A stretch of 64,000 bases of DNA from an uncultured virus (IMG/VR IMGVR_UViG_3300034073_001408) (IMGVR_UViG_3300034073_001408), one strand, 5' to 3'. Shown: positions 1-10,490, counted from the stretch's first letter. Translations and numbers: made by a program. Notes: generated by a model from the letters alone, not told the origin.

Positions 1-185
1 ATGAAAAGAAACCATCTGTAAGTGTTTACGTAGAAAACATGAATGGTATATACTATGCATGGGAAGAGAACACGAAGTTTTTGTTCCAACATAAGGATCC
101 AGACGAAATGGCAAAACAATTGATTAGGCGATATCCTAAACACAACTTGACTATAAATGAAACTACATGCTGAGGAGCAATCTTT

Positions 186-788
186 ATGTTAGAAACGATA
201 TGTGATATTTTCAAAGAGGCATACAAAAGAAACTGGATCACAGCAAGGGACGGTAATGCGTCAATTCGATGGCACGATAGGGATCATTTTTATGTCACTC
301 CATCTGGCGTAAGAAAGCAGACTCTACAGCCAGAAATGTTCAAAAAGTGCGCTCTAGACGGAAACGTTCTACCATACACAGACATCAGCAAGGAACTTCA
401 TCCTAGTGGCGAATTTCCAATGCACTTGATGTTGCAGCGAAACATAAACACAGAAGTTAGAGTTGTTTTACATTTGCATCCAACATACACAGTAGCTGCA
501 ATGTATCAAGGAATTGATCTGCAAAATTTATTGAGTGAATTTCCAGAGCTAAGTAGATATACTAGCGTTGCACCTACGGTGCCGCTCGTTCCTCCCATCA
601 CTCAAGAGTTAGCTGATCACTGTGTTGAAAATTTAGATTACAGTAGTGATACTGGTCATGTACGATACAATATAGTCGGAATGGATAGGCATGGAGTTGT
701 ATCAATAGACACTTCACCATGGAGAGCATTTGAGCATATAGAACGTTTAGAACACATCTGTAAAATCATACTAGCAGGAAAAAAATGA
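186..788 (+). CDS. Class II aldolase/adducin family protein
   Basis: GNASIR, VTPSG, PSGEFPMH, HLHPTY and HGVV motifs typical of the Zn-dependent class II aldolase fold. Confidence 0.85.
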   Translation: MLETICDIFKEAYKRNWITARDGNASIRWHDRDHFYVTPSGVRKQTLQPEMFKKCALDGNVLPYTDISKELHPSGEFPMHLMLQRNINTEVRVVLHLHPTYTVAAMYQGIDLQNLLSEFPELSRYTSVAPTVPLVPPITQELADHCVENLDYSSDTGHVRYNIVGMDRHGVVSIDTSPWRAFEHIERLEHICKIILAGKK

Positions 789-1780
789 TCAAAAAAGCAA
801 AACTAAAACTAACCGATGAGCGTAACTACTTCAAGCCGTTCACGTATCCTTGGGCTTATGATGCGTGGTTGAAGCATGAACAAAGTCACTGGCTGCACTC
901 AGAAGTTCCGATGCTGGAAGACGTAAAAGACTGGAAGAATCGACTCTCTGACAGTGAGAAGAAATTTCTAACGAACATCTTCCGCTTCTTCACTCAAGGT
1001 GACATTGACGTCGCTGGTGGTTATGTGCGCAATTACTTGCCGCACTTTCCTCAGCCAGAAATTCGCATGATGTTGTCTGGCTTTGCTGCACGAGAAGCAT
1101 TGCACATTGCTGCATACAGTCACTTGATTGAAACTCTAGGTATGCCAGAGTCCACATACAATGAGTTTCTAGAATATGATGCGATGAGAGCAAAGCACGA
1201 TTACATCATGAATGGCTCTAATAGTCTAGTGAACACATCTACAATTGCGCAGAACATCGCGATGTTCTCTGCATTCACTGAAGGCATGCAACTTTTCTCA
1301 TCGTTCATCATGTTGTTGAATTTCCCACGCAACGGCAAGATGCGTGGCATGGGTCAAATCATCACTTGGTCAATCGTCGATGAAACGATTCACGCAGAGT
1401 CAATGATCAAGTTGTTCAGAACTTACATTGAAGAGAACAAGGAGATTTGGAATGATGAACTCAAGAGTAACATCTACCAAATCGCTGAACGAATGGTTGA
1501 ACTTGAAGATAAATTCATCGAGCTGGCTTTCAATCTCGGACCTATGGATAATCTCAGCGCTGACGACGTTAAACATTACATTCGTTATATCACTGATCGT
1601 CGTCTTATTTCACTTGGTCTAAAAGGCATTATGAAAGTAAAGAAGAACCCACTACCATGGGTCGAGGAGATGATAAACGCTCCGACGCATACAAACTTCT
1701 TTGAAAATCGAGCTACTGACTACGCTAAAGGATCACTCACTGGTACGTGGGAAGATGTCTGGGGCGGTAAAGCAGCATAA
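785..1780 (+). CDS. nrdB: Ribonucleotide reductase class Ia beta subunit
   Basis: FFTQGDIDV, REALH, EGMQLFSSF, DETIH diiron ligands and NFFENRATDY C-terminus. Confidence 0.97.
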   Translation: MIKKAKLKLTDERNYFKPFTYPWAYDAWLKHEQSHWLHSEVPMLEDVKDWKNRLSDSEKKFLTNIFRFFTQGDIDVAGGYVRNYLPHFPQPEIRMMLSGFAAREALHIAAYSHLIETLGMPESTYNEFLEYDAMRAKHDYIMNGSNSLVNTSTIAQNIAMFSAFTEGMQLFSSFIMLLNFPRNGKMRGMGQIITWSIVDETIHAESMIKLFRTYIEENKEIWNDELKSNIYQIAERMVELEDKFIELAFNLGPMDNLSADDVKHYIRYITDRRLISLGLKGIMKVKKNPLPWVEEMINAPTHTNFFENRATDYAKGSLTGTWEDVWGGKAA

Positions 1781-1800
1781 CATTTACGGGAGAACTAAAG

Positions 1801-2004
1801 ATGCCAACATACAGAGTCTATTGTAATGAATGTGATGATGAATTTACAGTTGACATGTATAGCAAGTGGCGCAAGAATCCACAATACTGCTGTGCATGCG
1901 GATCAGAAATCATCTATGGTGATCTAGTGTGCGAAGATTCGGAAGACGATGTTGTGCTTTCTGACGATCTTTCAGACATTGAAGACTGGAAAGTAGACGA
2001 ATGA
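1801..2004 (+). CDS. Small zinc-ribbon protein
   Basis: CxxC..CxxC pairs with acidic tail; GGAG RBS. Confidence 0.6.
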   Translation: MPTYRVYCNECDDEFTVDMYSKWRKNPQYCCACGSEIIYGDLVCEDSEDDVVLSDDLSDIEDWKVDE

Positions 2005-2558
2005 AATTCGCTGGGCTAGACTACTCGATGACAAGCCCAGCGATTTGTATATTTGATGACAAGAATTCGCCGTTCTCTTATACTTCTTGCAAGTTCTATT
2101 ACTTGACACAAAACAAGAAGTATGATATAGTCACATCTAACATCTGGGGAAAGTATTTCGACTACTCCACAGAGAATGATAGATATGATAAGATATCAAC
2201 TTTCTTTATTGATTTGATTCTAGAAGCTGACGTTGATCATGTTTTTATTGAAAACTACTCTATGGGATCTCGTGGTAGAGTTTTCAACATCGCAGAGAAC
2301 ACTGGCATATTCAAATATCGACTTTGGAAACACGGAAAAACATGTGAAGCTATAGCTCCTACAGTGATAAAGAAATTTGCTACTGGCAAGGGAAACGCAG
2401 ATAAGCAAAAGATGCAAGATGCGTTTCAGAGTGAAACGAATGTTGATTTGAAATTCGAACTTAAAATGACAGAAAAACAATGGAATCCATCATCCGACAT
2501 AATTGACGCATACTGGATCTGCAAGTATGCGCTACATACAATAAAGGAGAGCACGTAA
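2001..2558 (+). CDS. RuvC-like Holliday junction resolvase
   Basis: GLDYS, IENYS, KKFATGKGNADK and DIIDAYW RNase H-fold motifs. Confidence 0.85.
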   Translation: MKFAGLDYSMTSPAICIFDDKNSPFSYTSCKFYYLTQNKKYDIVTSNIWGKYFDYSTENDRYDKISTFFIDLILEADVDHVFIENYSMGSRGRVFNIAENTGIFKYRLWKHGKTCEAIAPTVIKKFATGKGNADKQKMQDAFQSETNVDLKFELKMTEKQWNPSSDIIDAYWICKYALHTIKEST

Positions 2559-3202
2559 TGCCACAAATTATGCCTGGCGGAAGACCAGAATTTGAATTGA
2601 TCGCTGGAGGCAAGATCAATTCACGCCCGATGGGTCAAATCTTCGACCTCTATATCTGCGGAGAGATTCTCGGACCAGAATCATATCTAGAATACTTTGA
2701 AGTCATTCGCAACGCAAATGAAACTGATGTGATTCGCATTCATATCAACTCAGTTGGCGGCGACATGTCAACTGCAATTCAATTCATCAGAGTCATTCAA
2801 GAGTCTGCTGCACATATCATTGCTTCAGTAGAGGGCTACTGTATGTCAGCAGCTACGATGATTTTCTTGACTGCTGAGTCTTATGAAATCTCAGAACACA
2901 GCATGTTCATGTTCCACAACTACAGTGGTGTAGCATTCGGCAAAGGCGGCGAGATGTATGATCACATCGTCAATGAGCGTCGTTGGTCTGAGAAGATCAT
3001 CAACTCAGTCTACAAAGACTTTCTAACTCCAGATGAGATCAAGTCGATTCTTGACAACAAAGACATCTGGATGGAAGGCGACGAAGTGAAAGTTCGTCTA
3101 GAAAAGAAGATCGAGAAGCTAACTGAAGAAGCCGAAAAAGCTGAAGAAGAGCAAGCGCCTTCACCAGCACGTAAGAAAGCGCCAGCTAAGAAGAAAGAGT
3201 AA
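2558..3202 (+). CDS. ClpP-like protease
   Basis: INSVGGD, CMSAAT catalytic Ser, FMFH and DIWM motifs. Confidence 0.85.
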   Translation: MPQIMPGGRPEFELIAGGKINSRPMGQIFDLYICGEILGPESYLEYFEVIRNANETDVIRIHINSVGGDMSTAIQFIRVIQESAAHIIASVEGYCMSAATMIFLTAESYEISEHSMFMFHNYSGVAFGKGGEMYDHIVNERRWSEKIINSVYKDFLTPDEIKSILDNKDIWMEGDEVKVRLEKKIEKLTEEAEKAEEEQAPSPARKKAPAKKKE

Positions 3203-3205
3203 TAC

Positions 3206-3874
3206 ATGACTGAAACTGCATTATGGACTGTGGTGACACCAACGATGGGAAGGGAATCTCTTCTTCATCTCAAGCAAGTGTTGAGAGAGGAGAGTGTTCC
3301 CTACGTTCATCTCGTGATGATGGACTCAAAGAAAGAAGAAAATGCTTTGAGTGCTGAAGAGATTGAGGATGATAGGACGTTCGTATATGACATCAAGCAT
3401 CCTCTTTATCCAAAGCCTCGTGCGAGAATGGACGTTTATCTTCGTGCTATCGGCATCATGATGGCACGAACAAAGTATATCAGGTGTTGCGACGATGATG
3501 TCTGGCCAGAAGCCGGTCATCTGAGTCGTGTCACTGAATTCATGGAACGAAACTCTCTAGACTATACTTGGTGTTTGCGTAGAATGCTAACTCGTGATCG
3601 CGAAGTGTTGGGCATTGATCGATTTGAAGCTATCGGAGAGATCAATCGCTTCGGTTATCATCTTCTTGACAATTCTAGTCTATTCTATAATCAAAAAGCT
3701 GCTATGATTCTAGCTCAAGTCTTTTTGATGAATCCGGTATATGGAGACGATAGATTGACTTGGGAACCGCTTCTTCGCTATTGTAAGGGCAAGTTCTTCA
3801 ATGCTGTTCTTACGAATCACATGGCGCAGCCGAATCTAACTGAGTTCTTCAGACAAAACTGTAGCCCGGAGTAA
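3206..3874 (+). CDS. GT-A fold glycosyltransferase
   Basis: VVTPT N-terminal strand, CDDD DxD motif, late GDD. Confidence 0.7.
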   Translation: MTETALWTVVTPTMGRESLLHLKQVLREESVPYVHLVMMDSKKEENALSAEEIEDDRTFVYDIKHPLYPKPRARMDVYLRAIGIMMARTKYIRCCDDDVWPEAGHLSRVTEFMERNSLDYTWCLRRMLTRDREVLGIDRFEAIGEINRFGYHLLDNSSLFYNQKAAMILAQVFLMNPVYGDDRLTWEPLLRYCKGKFFNAVLTNHMAQPNLTEFFRQNCSPE

Positions 3875-3876
3875 TC

Positions 3877-4605
3877 ATGAGCATTAGCCTAGTCATCATA
3901 GACACAGACTGTCACGTTTTAGCTAACGAGGCAGTGAAGATCAGTATGAGTCAGATGAAGTTCAATGAAGTGTTGATCTACTCTGATAAATCTGAATATT
4001 GGAACAACTTACCAGTAAAAAAAATAAATAAAATTGAAAGCCTTGGCGAATATAATAGACTTATAACAACAGAATTGCCAAAGCATTTGAATACTGACTA
4101 TTGTCTCATAATTCAATTTGACGGATTTGTTCTTAACTCATCAGAGTGGAATAATTTGTTTCTGCATTATGATTATATTGGCGCACCATGGCCAGTACAT
4201 AATCACGGAAAACATAATGTAGGAAATGGAGGTTTCTCTTTGAGAAGTAAGAAATTGTGTAATTTGATTTCTAGTTTTACTTATGACGATTATGATAAGT
4301 TTCCAGAAGACCTTCACATATGTCAAAGACTCAGGCCAGAATTAGAATCAAAGCATGGTATCCATTTTCCTAGCGAATCTATAGCAAGTCACTTTTCGTC
4401 AGAGTCCTATGTATATCGCTATCCAACTTTTGGATTTCATAACATTCGATTTCTTCCTCTTGTGTACTCAAGTAGACTAGATTTTATGTTAGATAATTTA
4501 TCTGATCGTGTTGTAAAAACGCATGGCAATTTAATAATGATGAATTTGAAAAATATAAGTGCATCTCACGCCAAAAAATTAAAAGAAAGAATGGAATCAT
4601 CATAA
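3877..4605 (+). CDS. DUF5672-like glycosyltransferase-related protein
   Basis: QFDG, YDYIGAPW, VGNGGFSLRS, PED and FGFH motifs. Confidence 0.8.
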   Translation: MSISLVIIDTDCHVLANEAVKISMSQMKFNEVLIYSDKSEYWNNLPVKKINKIESLGEYNRLITTELPKHLNTDYCLIIQFDGFVLNSSEWNNLFLHYDYIGAPWPVHNHGKHNVGNGGFSLRSKKLCNLISSFTYDDYDKFPEDLHICQRLRPELESKHGIHFPSESIASHFSSESYVYRYPTFGFHNIRFLPLVYSSRLDFMLDNLSDRVVKTHGNLIMMNLKNISASHAKKLKERMESS

Positions 4606-4892
4606 TGAAATTTATATTTAAAAATTTCGAATGGATATTAGAAGATTTTAGATCACATAAGATTAGATTTTGTGTTGAAGTCGTTGCTTGGGCAATCTCT
4701 ATCGGATGCGCAATTTCTATGGCTTTGACTGTACCGAATCCTCCGCTGATCGTTCTGTATCCTTTTTGGATTGCTGGATGCATGATGTATGCGTGGGCAG
4801 CATGGACCCGCAAGTCGTTCGGCATGCTAGCCAACTACTTGCTCCTAGTCACGATAGACACGACAGGATTGATTCGCATGCTTATCGCTTGA
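4605..4892 (+). CDS. Small membrane protein
   Basis: Three hydrophobic segments; coupled to the upstream stop. Confidence 0.65.
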   Translation: MKFIFKNFEWILEDFRSHKIRFCVEVVAWAISIGCAISMALTVPNPPLIVLYPFWIAGCMMYAWAAWTRKSFGMLANYLLLVTIDTTGLIRMLIA

Positions 4893-4952
4893 CATTCCAT
4901 GCGAACAGTGTTATGATATGTTCATCTAAACGCAGATTTACAGGAGTTTTTC

Positions 4953-5378
4953 ATGCAGCATACAGTCACAGTTGAATATAGCGATGAGATGGGATATTTT
5001 ATCACACTTCCAGACGCAGTTCTTGATGCTGTAGATTGGAAAGAGGGTGACACAATTGAGTGGAAAGAAAACGCGGACGGCTCTTACACTCTCACGAAGA
5101 AGACAACGAAGAAACTAGTTCTTGTCGAAGCTGTGTCTACGTTTAGGATGCGATATGTTGTCGAAGTGCCTGAAGGCAAAGAAGACTGGGCACTTGATAC
5201 TGTAGTGATGCAAGAAGCAAAAGATTTCTCTCAGAAACATCTAGATGAAACGATTTTGTCTCATCGTGTTGTAAGTAGAGAAGAAGTTTTAGCGATGTGT
5301 GATGAGGACAATGAATACGCACAAGACTGGAATGATTCACACAAAATGAAGGCGTTTGTAACAAGCTATGAAGACTGA
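4953..5378 (+). CDS. Protein with N-terminal AbrB/MazE-like domain
   Basis: ITLPDAVLDAVDWKEGDTIEW swapped-hairpin signature; AGGAG RBS. Confidence 0.65.
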   Translation: MQHTVTVEYSDEMGYFITLPDAVLDAVDWKEGDTIEWKENADGSYTLTKKTTKKLVLVEAVSTFRMRYVVEVPEGKEDWALDTVVMQEAKDFSQKHLDETILSHRVVSREEVLAMCDEDNEYAQDWNDSHKMKAFVTSYED

Positions 5379-5509
5379 AGACGTTGCAATTATTGCAGAA
5401 ATGAAATTGTGTCGTGCTATGTTTGCAGAGATAAGGCAAGTCATAGAACAATATGGAAACGTGATTCCACATCAAGTAATGTTGCATTACAACAAGCTGA
5501 AAGAATTTT

Positions 5510-6250
5510 ATGAAGGTCGTAATTGGTCCATATCGTAATTATTTCGGTCCTTATCAGTTGGCTGAAGCACTCTGTTTCTGGGTGAAGAAGCAGCCAGATA
5601 AGTATGGAACTTACAATAAGCCAGAATGGGTGCACACTTTTGGTGAATGGCTTGCTGGATACAAAGACGACGGCGAAGGCAACAACATCGGCAAAGACTC
5701 TCGTCTGTACAAGTTTCTTCTCTGGCTAGACAAATTCAAGAAGCGCAAAGTAAAGATTCGCATTGATAAGTATGATACTTGGAGCATGGATGCTACTTTA
5801 GCGATGATTGTTCTGCCGATGTTGAAGCAGTTGAAAGCCACGAAGCACGGCTCTGCATTTGTTGATCTAGAAGACGTTCCATCACATCTTCGTGCGACAA
5901 CTACTGAAGATTATGATGCTCAGATGACGTTTGAGTTCTATCAAGAACACGAGATCAAAGAGGGTGAGTGTGACATTCATGCTCGGTGGGATTGGGTTCT
6001 CGGTGAGATGATTTGGGCTTTTGAGCAACTTCAGCCAGACGTAGACTGGCAGTCTCAATACTCTACTGGCGAGATTGATTGGAAAACAAAGAAGTCAGAA
6101 AAGCTGTATAATGGTGAAGTCGTCTACGAAATGGTAGACGGACCTAAGCACACTTACAAAGTTGACTACGAAGCTGTGCAGAGACACGAAGATAGAATCA
6201 GAAACGGGCTTCGATTATTCGGAGTCTACTTTCAAGCACTTTGGGATTGA
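5510..6250 (+). CDS. Hypothetical phage protein
   Basis: 246-aa ORF in an operon context. Confidence 0.7.
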   Translation: MKVVIGPYRNYFGPYQLAEALCFWVKKQPDKYGTYNKPEWVHTFGEWLAGYKDDGEGNNIGKDSRLYKFLLWLDKFKKRKVKIRIDKYDTWSMDATLAMIVLPMLKQLKATKHGSAFVDLEDVPSHLRATTTEDYDAQMTFEFYQEHEIKEGECDIHARWDWVLGEMIWAFEQLQPDVDWQSQYSTGEIDWKTKKSEKLYNGEVVYEMVDGPKHTYKVDYEAVQRHEDRIRNGLRLFGVYFQALWD

Positions 6251-6255
6251 CCGAT

Positions 6256-6492
6256 ATGACATTACCATTTGAAAGAACATCATCTATCAACAGAACTAGA
6301 AAGTTTTTGATTGACTTGATGGATCCAAAAGAAACACCGCGAGTTCCAAAAGATATTCGTCAGCGGGCTAGATCGCTGCTGAGACACTATCCAAGCGAAT
6401 TTGAGATGGACATGGCATGCGAAAATGAAGATCGCGCAGCAGAAGCTGAAGATTCTCCGCTCATGTTTAGAGTGTTCAAGAAAACTTTCTAA
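6256..6492 (+). CDS. Small conserved protein (BPSL0761-like)
   Basis: MTLPFER..PRVPKDIRQRARSLLRHYP pattern. Confidence 0.6.
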   Translation: MTLPFERTSSINRTRKFLIDLMDPKETPRVPKDIRQRARSLLRHYPSEFEMDMACENEDRAAEAEDSPLMFRVFKKTF

Positions 6493-6572
6493 TGATGCAT
6501 TATAACAACACTGTTCTTGACTTCTTTCAGCATATGCGATAGACTATATACACATTAGAGAGGTATCAAATC

Positions 6573-7115
6573 ATGAAGTTCAAGACACTAATTTCATCCA
6601 TAGCACTGCTGCTGACAAGCTCTGTTGCACTTTCGCAACAAGATGTTGTCTATGCTCCAGTTATCTCAGTCACTCCGATTGAGCGCATGTTCAGTTCTTA
6701 TGAATTGAGTGAGCCGATTTGCACAATCGTGACAGTTCCAGTTGAGCGGCGTGTGCCAGTTTATCGCGAAGTCATCGAGCAGGGCAATCCAGCTCTTGGC
6801 ATGATCGTCGGCGCTGTCATTGGAAGTCAACTATTTCATGGTGGAGATGGCTCACGAACAGCGGGTGGATTCTTAGGCGCTGCTGTAGGCAATTCATTCG
6901 CTGGTGATCGTCGATACACTGTAGTCGAATACAGGAGCGAAATTCATTACGTTGAACAGCAAAAGTGTGAGCGGCAGAGTCAATTTGTGACTCGTCCAGT
7001 CATTGAAGGATACACAGTCGTGTATGAGTTTCAAGGAAGGCATCGTACAATCACAACGAAGCGACATCCTGGAGCACATATCAAGATCACCACGTCCTAT
7101 CGCATCGAACCATAA
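6573..7115 (+). CDS. Glycine-zipper 2TM exported protein
   Basis: Signal peptide plus GMIVGAVIG/GGFLGAAVG glycine zippers. Confidence 0.75.
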   Translation: MKFKTLISSIALLLTSSVALSQQDVVYAPVISVTPIERMFSSYELSEPICTIVTVPVERRVPVYREVIEQGNPALGMIVGAVIGSQLFHGGDGSRTAGGFLGAAVGNSFAGDRRYTVVEYRSEIHYVEQQKCERQSQFVTRPVIEGYTVVYEFQGRHRTITTKRHPGAHIKITTSYRIEP

Positions 7116-7438
7116 TGTTTTTCGTATACGGAGCAGAAAACAGCGCAGCATGTGACAAAGCAGAATTCGTTCTCTACTCATTCGGAGTAGAGTATCGTCT
7201 GTTCATTTATGGCAGAGACTACACACTCAGACAACTAGAAAAACTTGTACCAGGAGTGAAATCGGTTCCTCAAATATACCATGGAGCAAAATACATCGGA
7301 GGTCTTCGCGACCTTTATGAATACTTGAACACTGAAGGAGCATATCAAGATGGAAAAGACAGATTTGAACGATCTACGAAAATTTTTACTGGACGTTCTA
7401 AAAACAAACAAAGTGAAGGTGACGTTCCAAAAGACTGA
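7115..7438 (+). CDS. Glutaredoxin-like protein
   Basis: SVPQI..YIGG motif; single Cys (SAAC) in the active-site position. Confidence 0.75.
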   Translation: MFFVYGAENSAACDKAEFVLYSFGVEYRLFIYGRDYTLRQLEKLVPGVKSVPQIYHGAKYIGGLRDLYEYLNTEGAYQDGKDRFERSTKIFTGRSKNKQSEGDVPKD

Positions 7439-7661
7439 TGGGTCGATGCGAAAAATGTATTGCACTCTTGATGAGAATGTAATACAATCATACGAAAAGA
7501 AGACAGACAAGACTCGCAAAGAAAATCTTGGTGTCTTATCTGTATGGGACGTCGAGGCGAACGGATGGCGATCATTCCGCCTCGATTCTGTGAAGAAGAT
7601 TCAATTCTCACTGTTTGACGATGAACTAGAGGAAGATGATGAGGAAGTTGACTGCACTTGA
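7350..7661 (+). CDS. Sm-like/WYL_2 SH3 beta-barrel protein
   Basis: VTFQKTDGSMRKMYCTL..VWDVEANGWRSFRLDSV. Confidence 0.7.
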   Translation: MEKTDLNDLRKFLLDVLKTNKVKVTFQKTDGSMRKMYCTLDENVIQSYEKKTDKTRKENLGVLSVWDVEANGWRSFRLDSVKKIQFSLFDDELEEDDEEVDCT

Positions 7662-8754
7662 TCCTTCAATGATGGGACCAGAACCTACGTGGACTGATCC
7701 CAACAAGCAACCGACACTCAGTAATGCTCTGAATTGGTACAGCTACTCTTTCAACAACAAAGACGCGAAAGAGTTCGTGCTTGACTACATCAAGCTAGCC
7801 AAGCGACCAAAAGAAGAGATTGAACTAGTCAAGAGTGTTCCAGAGAACAAAATCGTGCGGCAACTCGGTTGGATTGCCCGCATGATTTCTGCTTGTGGAT
7901 ATAAGCCGGATGAGAGTTCGAAGAATTTTTTCATGCGCGAATACAAGAAAGTCATTGACTTCGCGAAGCAAAACAAGCAACTAGATTCAGTTGAAGAAGT
8001 CGTTGCGCAGCCGATTCAAAAGAAAGTGTCAATTCAAGACAGGATCTTGGACAAAGCACGAGAAGAAGTCGGTGACATTGAAGGCTTGATTGACGATTTC
8101 GTCGCATCACGATGCAAGAGCAACATTGATCTCCAAAACTATTTCAACGCAAAAAAGCTGTCTTCTGTCGTGCTGAATAAAATCTGCGACATCATGATCA
8201 AGCGATCTGCGCATCTTGCTGATGTGATGACTTCTAATGATCCTCAATATAAAGAAGCATATTCGAATTTCACCAAGCCTGAACTACGGAGACTGAAGGA
8301 GTTTGTAGATGGCATCATTTCTTTCGCGAACAAGGGAGCTATCGCAAACAAACCGGTTCGTAAGACTCGTAAGAAAAAGGAAAAACCAGCTAGTGTTCTG
8401 GTGGCGAAAGTATCGTATCTTGAAGAAGATCCAGAAACTAAACTCAAGAGTTTACGCCCAGAACGATTGATTGGTGCGACTCAAGCGTGGGTCTACAACG
8501 CCAAAACTCGCATGCTTGGAGTATACTTTTCAAGCGACGGTCGTGGCTTTTCAGTCAAGGGAATGACTCTCACTAATTTTGATCAAGAAAAATCTGTTGC
8601 GAAAAAACTGCGCAAGCCACAAGAAACTATTGATGTACTCATGAAAGCGGGTAAAATCAAACTTCGCCAACTAATGAACACACTAACAACTAAAGAATCT
8701 CAGTTGACAGGTCGGCTGAACTCTGATACACTTATTGCTCGTGTTGAAGCATAA
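7636..8754 (+). CDS. Conserved T4-like hypothetical protein upstream of RNase H
   Basis: 372-aa ORF; ALNWY and KKLRKP..GRLN motifs; synteny with rnh. Confidence 0.7.
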   Translation: MMRKLTALDPSMMGPEPTWTDPNKQPTLSNALNWYSYSFNNKDAKEFVLDYIKLAKRPKEEIELVKSVPENKIVRQLGWIARMISACGYKPDESSKNFFMREYKKVIDFAKQNKQLDSVEEVVAQPIQKKVSIQDRILDKAREEVGDIEGLIDDFVASRCKSNIDLQNYFNAKKLSSVVLNKICDIMIKRSAHLADVMTSNDPQYKEAYSNFTKPELRRLKEFVDGIISFANKGAIANKPVRKTRKKKEKPASVLVAKVSYLEEDPETKLKSLRPERLIGATQAWVYNAKTRMLGVYFSSDGRGFSVKGMTLTNFDQEKSVAKKLRKPQETIDVLMKAGKIKLRQLMNTLTTKESQLTGRLNSDTLIARVEA

Positions 8755-8767
8755 AGGCTAAGTAAAA

Positions 8768-9628
8768 ATGATTCTCGTTGATCTAAATCAAGTTCTCATT
8801 TCAAATCTGATGATGCAGCCAGATGTGCTGAAGTCTTTAGACGAGAATCTGATTCGGCACATGGTGATAAACACTCTGCGCAGTTTCAATGTCAAGTTCA
8901 GCCAAACTTACGGTGAGATGATCATCTGCGCAGATGATAAGAAGTATTGGCGCAAAGACATGTTCCCGTATTACAAAGCAAGTCGCAAGAAAGCTCGTGA
9001 AGAGTCTGCTTTCGACTGGAACGCGATCTTTGAAATTCTCAATCGAATTCGCGATGAATTGAAGCAAAACTTGCCCTACAAAGTCGTTCAAGTTGACAAG
9101 ACTGAAGCTGACGACATCATCGCTACGTTCTGCAACAAGCATGGCGTTTTACTGAAGTCTGCATCTACAGAGAAGATTCTAATCCTATCCAGCGACAAAG
9201 ACTTCATGCAGCTACAGAAGTTCGTCAACGTAGAACAATACAGCCCAATGGCTAAGAAGTTTCTTCGGGCTGATGATCCAGAAAAGTTTCTCAAGGAACA
9301 CATCATTCGCGGTGATCGTGGCGACGGCATCCCGAACATTCTCTCAAATGATGACACGTTTGTGTCAGACGCACGACAAAAACCAGTCACCGAGAAAAAG
9401 CTAAATAGTTGGTTGGAACAAGACTTTGAGTCATTCTGTGACTCAACTATGCTTAGGAATGTCAAGCGAAACGAAATGCTTATTGACTTGAGCAAAGTAC
9501 CAGATGAGTATCAAGAAAAGATTCTTAGTGCGTATGACACTGCTCCAAAAAATGGACGCGACAAACTGATGAACTACTTTATCAAGAATCGCATGAAACA
9601 ACTAATTCAACATCTACAGGAATTTTGA
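8768..9628 (+). CDS. rnh: T4-type RNase H (5'-3' exonuclease)
   Basis: MILVDLNQ, YYKASR, EADDIIA, SSDKDFMQL and GDRGDGIPN motifs. Confidence 0.95.
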   Translation: MILVDLNQVLISNLMMQPDVLKSLDENLIRHMVINTLRSFNVKFSQTYGEMIICADDKKYWRKDMFPYYKASRKKAREESAFDWNAIFEILNRIRDELKQNLPYKVVQVDKTEADDIIATFCNKHGVLLKSASTEKILILSSDKDFMQLQKFVNVEQYSPMAKKFLRADDPEKFLKEHIIRGDRGDGIPNILSNDDTFVSDARQKPVTEKKLNSWLEQDFESFCDSTMLRNVKRNEMLIDLSKVPDEYQEKILSAYDTAPKNGRDKLMNYFIKNRMKQLIQHLQEF

Positions 9629-9635
9629 TACAACT

Positions 9636-10091
9636 ATGGCTAAAATTGACGTTAGTAAAATGTCACTACCTGAAATCATGCAACATGTTTCAGACTTGAC
9701 TAATGAAGATCGACCAGTCGCGATGCAAGCGATTTCTAGACTAAGACCAGACTTCAAGGCTGCGATACAGCTAGTGTTCGTTGACGGCATTCAGATTGAC
9801 TTGCCAGCGGGTGCGCCGCCTTACAAGAAACTTGACATGCCAGAGAATTGGGGCTATAATCGTCTTCCACGAGAGTTGAAGAAGATGCATTACTTCATCA
9901 AAGGATCAACGAGTAATCTAACGAAAGCTAAGAAAGAATCAATGTTCATTGAAATGTTGGAGAGTTTGTCGCCTCAAGAAGCAAAGCTACTCATTCAAAT
10001 CAAGGACAAGAAACTTGAATACAAAGGCATCACAAAACGCTACGTAAAGAAAGCGTTTCCCGAATTTTTTCCAGGAGAAAAAGAAGAGTAA
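9636..10091 (+). CDS. Conserved T4-like protein (DUF6433-like)
   Basis: LPAGAPPY..KESMFIEMLESL..EAKLL..IKDKKL; follows rnh. Confidence 0.65.
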   Translation: MAKIDVSKMSLPEIMQHVSDLTNEDRPVAMQAISRLRPDFKAAIQLVFVDGIQIDLPAGAPPYKKLDMPENWGYNRLPRELKKMHYFIKGSTSNLTKAKKESMFIEMLESLSPQEAKLLIQIKDKKLEYKGITKRYVKKAFPEFFPGEKEE

Positions 10092-10097
10092 AGGACT

Positions 10098-10283
10098 ATG
10101 GCAAAAGATAAGACACGCAAGGGATTTCGTGAATACTATTACGAAGAAGATGATTTTCGCCCTAAGAAGAAGCGCATGGATGAAAGTGCCAAAGAAAAAA
10201 TGAGAGCGCGTGACAAGTTGAAGCGATTCGATCCGAAGAACTATGACGAAGATGAACTTTATGACGATGACTACTTGAACTAA
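10098..10283 (+). CDS. Small charged hypothetical protein
   Basis: AGGA RBS, operon context. Confidence 0.55.
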   Translation: MAKDKTRKGFREYYYEEDDFRPKKKRMDESAKEKMRARDKLKRFDPKNYDEDELYDDDYLN

Positions 10284-10292
10284 GGAAACACA

Positions 10293-10490
10293 ATGAACAA
10301 AACCACAGCAGCTATGATTTTGATTGTTGCGCTAATTGTTGCAATTGTCAGCCCACTTTTGCTGATCTGGAGTATAAATACTCTTTTCACAACTGACATT
10401 CAATATGGGTTCTATGAGTGGCTAGCCGCATTGTTCCTGATAGGATCACTGAAGGGCAGCATGTTGAAGTTCAAGCCGAATTCTGACTGA
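10293..10490 (+). CDS. Small membrane protein
   Basis: Two hydrophobic helices; AAGGA RBS. Confidence 0.6.
   Translation: MNKTTAAMILIVALIVAIVSPLLLIWSINTLFTTDIQYGFYEWLAALFLIGSLKGSMLKFKPNSD

Noticed and set aside
785..1780. Intron or intein in nrdB
   Set aside because: The ORF is continuous and of normal length
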